A stretch of 59,657 nt of DNA, the filler included, from Squatina squatina (lineage: Eukaryota): NCBI GenBank assembly GCA_031763465.1. It is 3 parts of 3 records of this genome, joined end to end, with 100 filler letters (N's around TTAATTAATTAA, not from the genome) between each part and the next. Parts side by side here need not be neighbours in the genome. Positions count along the whole stretch, not along the records: positions 43,136 to 59,657 come from JARFOE010000219.1; 2 more parts are not named here. One strand, written 5' to 3'. Below the pieces are notes generated by a model. That model saw nothing but the letters and a program-made list of their open reading frames with translations. It had not been told where the DNA came from and did not search any database. The position numbers were made by a program, and so were the translations under genes. Shown here piece by piece: positions 52,807-59,657 of this stretch. Position 1 is the first letter of the stretch, and every line of letters starts with the position of its first letter.

Positions 52807-53146
52807 GCAGTCTTAGGTCTCGTGGATAATAATCTGTTTGTTTAAATCTCAGATTAAGTCACTTTCACTTTTACTGATCCTGTACTTGAAAGAAATTAAA
52901 TCCCTTGAGGCGAGTAAATAAATCAACTTAATTTCTGATACTGAAAAGATGAAGAAAATTGCTGTTTGTTTTAAAGTTCATAGGGAAAAAATGAGTAACT
53001 TTTATTACAAGTTCGAGTAGGTTAAAACAAAGACTGTTGTTCATAATGGAACAAACTGACAGATGAGCGCTCCCGATTAGATGGAAAGAATACTGGGTAC
53101 TTTACAACTACAATTATTTTTTTCTTTGAGTACAGACCATGAGATA
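52807..53146 (+). repeat. Diverged second copy of 49527-49868
   Basis: Direct orientation, scattered substitutions and small indels. Confidence 0.92.
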
Positions 53147-53209
53147 GGAACAGATGTAAACAGAAATGTTTCTATAAATTAAATACATTTAATACTCAAC
53201 TAAACAGAG

Positions 53210-53830
53210 TTGAGTACAAGGAACAACTGAAGAAAACAAAGGTTGCTATTAGATCAGCAAAAAGGCCAGTGGAAAAAAAGATTGTAGACAACTGTGGCAG
53301 AAATGGGAAGAGCTTTTTTAGTTCTGTGAAGAGTCAGAGAACTATCAAAGACTGTGTTGGCCCACTGAAGGGGTGTTCAAGGTTACAAAGGACTCACTAG
53401 GTATGGCGGAGATATTAAATGAGCACTTTGCATCAGTCTTCACTCTTAAAGATGATGCTTGAATATTAAAATTTAATAATAATAGTTTTGTTAGTCACAT
53501 TAGTAACATTAACATAGATAAACGTTTCAGAAAGCATTAAGAACTTGAAAATAGATAGAGCAACCGGGCCGGGTGATATTCATCCCAGGGTCCTCCCGGA
53601 GATGGGACATGTGATGTGCGAGCCCCTGGCCTGTGTTTTTAATAGCTCACTGCACACTGGAATGGTTCCTACAGATTGGAAGGAGGCTAATGTAATCCCC
53701 ATTTTTTAAAAAAGATGACAAGACAGACCAGGGTAACTATAGGCCCATCAGTAATATGTAAGATACTTGAAGGAATCATAAGGGATGCAATATATGAATA
53801 TTTGGATAGAGAGGGGCATATTAGGGACCC
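53210..53830 (+). mobile_element. Decayed CR1 ORF2 fragment (region leading into the RT domain)
   Basis: GPGDIHPRVL, PTDWKEANVIPIFKK, PGNYRPIS, ICKILEGIIRD motifs interrupted by frameshifts. Confidence 0.85.
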
Positions 53831-54151
53831 NNNNNNNNNNNNNNNNNNNNNNNNNNNNNNNNNNNNNNNNNNNNNNNNNNNNNNNNNNNNNNNNNNNNNN
53901 NNNNNNNNNNNNNNNNNNNNNNNNNNNNNNCTAATGGAAGTATAAACTCTGTCCCCTCTCAGTTTTTTTTCCTTTTTCAGGCCTCCTTTGCTGAATCTTG
54001 AGAATGCAATCTAAAAGAAGTTGATGACTAAAGTAGAATTACCACAAAACAATGATTTTTTCTAACTCTTGTAGCTGATTGTAACACACCACCTCTGTGC
54101 AGCTAAAAAAAAATTGCATTTAACTTAACCTCACTGATGCAATAAGCTTAC

Positions 54152-54422
54152 CCAATCCGTAATGAATTTATTAAGTTTTGAAAATTGGTAATGGTCAGAT
54201 TTTGCTCCACTCCTGCCAATTTTCCCGGGTCTGGTAGAATCAGCACCAAGGAAGCATTTCCTTTATATGGAACCAAAATCACAGAACTGGAAAGTTCTTC
54301 ATCATAGTTCATAGCATATCTTCCTTTCCTCTTCATCATTTGAACTTTAACTGTTGTTGTATCGTCTACATGAAAGTTATCTTCGTAAGTGTTCTGAGGA
54401 TCAAAAGGTTTCACCCATTTAC
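54152..54422 (-). CDS. Alpha-1-antitrypsin-like clade A serpin exon, 271 nt
   Basis: TAG|(G)KWVKPFDPQNTYEDNFHVDDTTTVKVQMM...VPYKGNASLVLILPDPGKL...|GTAAG; length and phases as recalled for the equivalent SERPINA1 exon. Confidence 0.9.
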
Positions 54423-54534
54423 CTAAAAGAACCAAATAAAGGTGATGAGACACTGTACTGAACCGTTTACTCACCTGTATGACTATATAAGTGCATTTTT
54501 CCTCTGTCCTTTAATGTTAATGAAAATATTGTGT

Positions 54535-54890
54535 TCAAATCCCTCCATGGCCTCGACCCTCCCTATCTGCAACCTCCCCTACCACGACAACCCTTTGTGA
54601 TCTTTGTGCTTCTCCAAATCTGGCCTATTGGACAGCTCCAATTTTTATCACACTACCATTCATGGTCGTGCCTTCAGCTGCCTAGGCTCTAAGCTCTGGA
54701 ATTTCCTCCCTAAAACTCTCTCTGCCTCTCTACCTCTCTCTCCTCCTTTATGGCGCTCCTTAAAACCTACCTCACCTGTCCTAATAGCTCCTTTTGTGGC
54801 TCGGTGTAAAATTTTGTTCAATGGTCCTGTGTAGCGCCTTAGGACGTTTTATTACATTAAAGGTGCTGTGTAAATGCAAGTTGTTGTTGT
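54535..54890 (+). mobile_element. L2-like LINE 3' end in a serpin intron
   Basis: GRAFSCLGSKLWNFLP motif and (GTT)n tail. Confidence 0.72.
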
Positions 54891-55133
54891 TGATTTCCCA
54901 GTATTCACAAAGGGAGGAAACTACACCCCATAGAAATGCCTTAAAACCCTCATGGCAAATTATTTAAATTATTTACTTTTCACCATTTCTACTCATTTAG
55001 GTGTGACAGCAAAAAGTCTTGTTATTTTTCTTCNNNNNNNNNNNNNNNNNNNNNNNNNNNNNNNNNNNNNNNNNNNNNNNNNNNNNNNNNNNNNNNNNNN
55101 NNNNNNNNNNNNNNNNNNNNNNNNNNNNNNNNN

Positions 55134-55324
55134 AAGGCAAAGTCTATGTTTGCAGCTGAAAGTTTGAGTAGAGACAGTTGTCTGTTTAGATTGTTTTTAT
55201 TTTTTGAACCGGTATGAGCTTGCTGAGTTGTAGCCTTCAGTGTAGAAATTTTTCCATTGACACTGAATATTTCACTGTAGAGCACAGTGATCAGTAGCAA
55301 AGCAACAGGAATCAGTTTCCCCAT
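55134..55324 (-). CDS. Clade A serpin first coding exon, 5' part (signal peptide to helix A)
   Basis: CAG acceptor at 55334-55332, ATG at 55324; MGKLIPVALLLITVLYS hydrophobic signal; KLSAANIDFA helix A motif; cut by gap. Confidence 0.82.
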
Positions 55325-57118
55325 CTTGAACCTGCAAAGCAAAGAACAAACTTGTATTGCAGTGTTCTGAGATTGTTCAATGCCCGAGCTGTCTTCATCT
55401 AAGTCACACTTGGGCTCTGCACAACCTTAATAATGATGTTTAATTACATCGAGCAAGCTAACTGAGTTCTAAAGAGGCTTAAATATTGCCAACTTAATTT
55501 CTAAAACAAGTCCATTTATTAAACAGCATCTTACTTGAAGTCCAAACGTTGTTTCAGGGTCCTTCCACCTCCAATGAAGCAGGCTGTTCTTACTTTGGTT
55601 TTCTTCGCCCTTCTACATGCTCTTTGGTGTTTAAAGCCAATTTATACGGCAGCAAATGTAAACAGATCAGTTATGTATTAATCAGTAAACTGACCTTCAG
55701 TCTGATGGTAAACATTGCTATACAATGGTGTTTGCAGTGCAAATATGANNNNNNNNNNNNNNNNNNNNNNNNNNNNNNNNNNNNNNNNNNNNNNNNNNNN
55801 NNNNNNNNNNNNNNNNNNNNNNNNNNNNNNNNNNNNNNNNNNNNNNNNTACAAAATTTATTAAATCCAGAATCTCTTTTGTCTTGACATTTTCTACCTGC
55901 AGCCCCACCAATCCAAGTATTGAACATCGAGATCTCTTTGTTCTTCCATTCTGTTATGGATATACTTCAGTTTTCACTGTTCTTTATCCAAAGTTTCAGT
56001 ACTGTATAATTCTCTGCATTCAACTGTATCTGCCACCTTGCTACCTGCTCTGTTAGTCAGTCTATGCTGTCCAGCAATCTCTTGCATCCTTTTTTCACAG
56101 TTTGCAAAGCCCCTTAATTTGATATCATAAGCAAACTTCAATATCATTCATTTTGTGCTTATAATGCTGTTGTAAGAATTCCTACATCATGGTCAGCAGA
56201 ACATTGCAGGAGAGAACCATGGTTAGAAACAATTTGAAGAAAGTGATATTGTTGCGTGGTTGGAATCAATTTAATTAAATTGCTAATTAATGAAATGATA
56301 TGAGGCTATTTAAGTCTCTATTGGCCATGCAATCTGAAAACTGGTGATTGCCCACTGTAAATTCTGATGTATTCATCACCTCTACTGTCAGTCATGGCTT
56401 TTTATGTTCAATGCCCAGCTGACTTGATGGAGCGACTGCAAAGTACAAGATAGTGGTATTTTTCATTTGCTGGACAAGGCTACATTCTCAGCATAGTAAG
56501 GCATATATGTGGCAAAGTTCTGCATGCACACTCCAAGTTACCCTGTCAGTCACAGAAATCATCAACGCTGTATTTTGCAATATATTGTACATAAGAAAAA
56601 AATTGCAGATGTTGCAAATGCTGAAAAGAACAGAAGATGGTGAAAATATACAGCAGCTCTTTCAGAATCCAGAAATAGTTGGGTGCAGACATTTTGTGGA
56701 AACTGGAAAATAAGGAAGCCCCTTAATAAGTCTGAGCAAAATGAAGCAGGGGTGGCGAAGAGAACAAGAAGCAAAAATCATGTGTCAAGAATGCTCACTC
56801 CTGTCACAGAACGGCAGGTCATGGGTTGAATGTTACGCTGGTGGTTGGTAGACAAAGATTATCTCAGTAAGACATTGAAAAGAACAAAAGGGCTTGAAAA
56901 TAGTTAAGTAAGACAGTGAATAAAATGGAAAATAAGCACCAAAGGTAATTCAAAACTGGAGTCAAATGCAACCGGCAAGAAATAGGGAAAACTAAAACAA
57001 AAATTGAAAACTCGAAGTACTTGGGTAGCATATCTGGAGAGAGCAAGTTGACTTTTTGGTTATAGCTCCTTCATATTACCAATGAACAGCATTTAATTTA
57101 AAAAAAATGAAACCTTAC

Positions 57119-57299
57119 CACTTGTAGTCACCAATAACAGTAATTGTTTGGTCAGCATCACTTCCCCAAGTTATAGGTCGTTGCGTTACGACCTGGCGCA
57201 GAGTAAACACATGGTCACCAGGGTCTTTGTAGTTTATGAAGTATTCAAACACTCCAGTCTGGTCAGCAAAATTAGATGCTTCACTGAATGGTGGAATCT
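57119..57299 (-). CDS. GALC: Galactocerebrosidase exon, 181 nt
   Basis: CAG|[60 protein letters not shown]|GTAAG. Confidence 0.93.
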
Positions 57300-57482
57300 C
57301 TGAATCACAGGCAATTTGAAAAACAAGAATAAGTTTGTTTTTGAAACTCCATCTATACCAACATCCAGCATTCCAAAACCATGCGAACTTCACACCAATG
57401 GAAAAAGGTATTATAATTGTTTGAAAGAGGAAAAAAAAAATCACAAAAACACTGACCTATGATCTGCAGCATCTAGTGAAAA

Positions 57483-57900
57483 GAAAGACTTGCATTTATA
57501 TAGCACCCTTCACTGGACGTCTCAAAGTGTTTTACAGCCAATGAATTACTTTTTGAAGTGTAGTCACTGTTGTAATGTAGGAAACACGGCAGCCAATTTA
57601 CTCACAGCAACTCCGACAAACAGCAANNNNNNNNNNGAGGGATAAATATTGGCCTGGACACCGGGGATAACTCCCCTGCTCTTATTCAAAATAATGCCAT
57701 TGGATCTTTGACATCCACCTGAGAGGGCAGGCGGGGCCTCGGTTTAACATCACATCCGAAAGAAAGCACTTCATACAGTGCAGCACTCCCTCAGAATTGC
57801 ACTGGAGTGTCAGCCTAGATTTATGTGCTCAAGTCCCTGGAGTGGGATCTAAACCCACAACCTTCTGACTCAGAGGTGTGTGTGCTACCCACTGAGCCAA
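57483..57900 (-). mobile_element. Near full-length DeuSINE in a GALC intron
   Basis: Reverse complement of 50207-50665 along its length, with a 10-N gap. Confidence 0.85.
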
Positions 57901-58355
57901 AGTTGACANNNNNNNNNNNNNNNNNNNNNNNNNNNNNNNNNNNNNNNNNNNNNNNNNNNNNNNNNNNNNNNNNNNNNNNNNNNNNNNNNNNNNNNNNNNN
58001 NNNNNNNNCTGAAAATTTTCAAAGAGTCCCATTTCCAGCAGTAAATTCGGCGCTTAGCGCTACAAACTTTAAAAACCTGAATTGGTCGCCCCTTCTATTT
58101 TAAAAACTAATGATAATGGTAGTGTGCTATGGAAATCATACCCAACCACGTCAATTGGCAACTTGAGAAAAACAGCTAAAAATTTAACAAAAAAACAGGA
58201 AAGCTCTAGTAAAACCTTAAGGACTCAGTTCACAACTTAAGCAAGTCAGTATTCCACATGGATGTAAATTTTCCTTCCCCCAAAAAGGCATTGCACTAAC
58301 ATTGTAAACCTAATCATTTTAATACCATCTGAGAATGGAAGACTTAAAGGCCTGC

Positions 58356-58486
58356 CCAATAATGTCGACCACATCACATAGCTCAGTATGATGAAGCATA
58401 GACCAAGATATTGTTTCCCAAAGATTATCGCTGGCTATGATTTTCGCCTGCTCTACACCCATTTTGTCCATGGTGTTTCTCAGCAG
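58356..58486 (-). CDS. GALC: Galactocerebrosidase exon, 131 nt (not in ORF track)
   Basis: AAG|LLRNTMDKMGVEQAKIIASDNLWETISWSMLHHTELCDVVDII(G); KIIASDNLWE motif; donor reads GC. Confidence 0.88.
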
Positions 58487-58875
58487 CTTGGCAGAAAAAG
58501 ACAGAGAAAGTCATAGCATTTTAGATATCCACGTGTATTGTAATTAAAATTAAGAGTGAAGAAAACAAGTTTCTAAGACAGAAGCTATAATCAGAAAGGT
58601 GTCTGTAGATATTGGACNNNNNNNNNNNNNNNNNNNNNNNNNNNNNNNNNNNNNNNNNNNNNNNNNNNNNNNNNNNNNNNNNNNNNNNNNNNNNNNNNNN
58701 NNNNNNNNNNNNNNNNNGCACCGAAGAACCTGTTGTTCTTGACCTTGAATAGCTTAAAATTCTTTTTTACGATTTTGTGCTTATTTTGCTCACTTGGAAT
58801 GAACCATCTGATGATGTGAATTGTTTAAAGTGCCATTTTAAATATTGTATTATTTTATTAAATATTTGTACTAAC

Positions 58876-59015
58876 CCCAACATAATCGATATCAAGGTTG
58901 TGATACAATTTAGCACCATGAATCCACGAAGCGACATAATAGGCCGTTATGTCTGGGTAGGCATAAGGCCAGTTCGTTCCATGACCAATCCAACCAGGAA
59001 AGGCCCAAGGTAGCC
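58876..59015 (-). CDS. GALC: Galactocerebrosidase exon, 140 nt
   Basis: TAG|(G)[46 protein letters not shown]|GTTAG. Confidence 0.93.
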
Positions 59016-59657
59016 CTAACAAGAAAATAAACAAACACATGCACTAAAGTTTAGAATTAAAGCAATATTAATACAGGTTATTCAAGTTCCTTTTGGTTGA
59101 ATTTGAATTTCAGGATTTCTCCTGAATGTGGTGACATGATGGGATAAATTTTCAGGGGCTCCAGCAGCCCTCTGATACTTTACCCAAGTGACCGTGCTTC
59201 ATGCATGAGCCTATTTGTTAATTGGCTGTGCCTTCCCCTGTGCTTACAATATATTCCCAATTTTCAGCAAGTATCACTGCATTACCATTGGTAATAGAAT
59301 TCAGCTTAATCATCACCACCCCCACTCCCAGGAATCCCGAGGCAAATTGTAAAACCCTCACTGCTACCATAGTTGAAATTAGCTAACTCACTCTAAAACA
59401 GGGAACCAATGAGAGATTCTTGTTTTATGTGACTCAGTACCTCAGTAGGAGAGAGGTTTGGGTGTGTGTGAGAGAGAGAGATGGAAGAGTAAAGAGAAAG
59501 ATTACTTGTCTTTTTCTTTACTCACTAATAGGCTCTGTAGAAGCATTCACCTAAGTGGCTTTATGAATTGAATGCGCAGATAGTTGTTAACAGATATGAT
59601 ATAGTTGGGATTACGGAGACATGGCTCCAGGGTGACCAAGGCTGGGAGCTCAACATC

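Overview
This is vertebrate nuclear DNA, not prokaryotic. The DeuSINE, CR1, L2, RTE and Penelope repeat content points to a cartilaginous fish (shark or ray; inference). The assembly is fragmented, with many 100-N gaps, and three scaffolds are joined by artificial N44-TTAATTAATTAA-N44 linkers. Block 1 (1-29186) has YAF2 exons and a GXYLT1 exon on +. Block 2 (29287-43035) has MBNL3 and FRMD7 exons on -, plus a 2.7 kb 11-bp satellite. Block 3 (43136-59657) has GALC exons, an alpha-1-antitrypsin-like serpin and a SERPINA10-like serpin on -. Gene names come from my recollection of human protein sequences and exon sizes, not from a database search. Most notable observations: a bacterial tsaE fragment fused to host DNA; an MBNL3-like gene keeping the MBNL1-type 54-nt regulated exon with its intronic control region; a pair of Penelope-type minimal hammerhead ribozyme motifs; two mid-exon junctions that look like in-frame splice acceptors; and a weak GC donor in GALC. 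I found no well-supported wholly new biological system.
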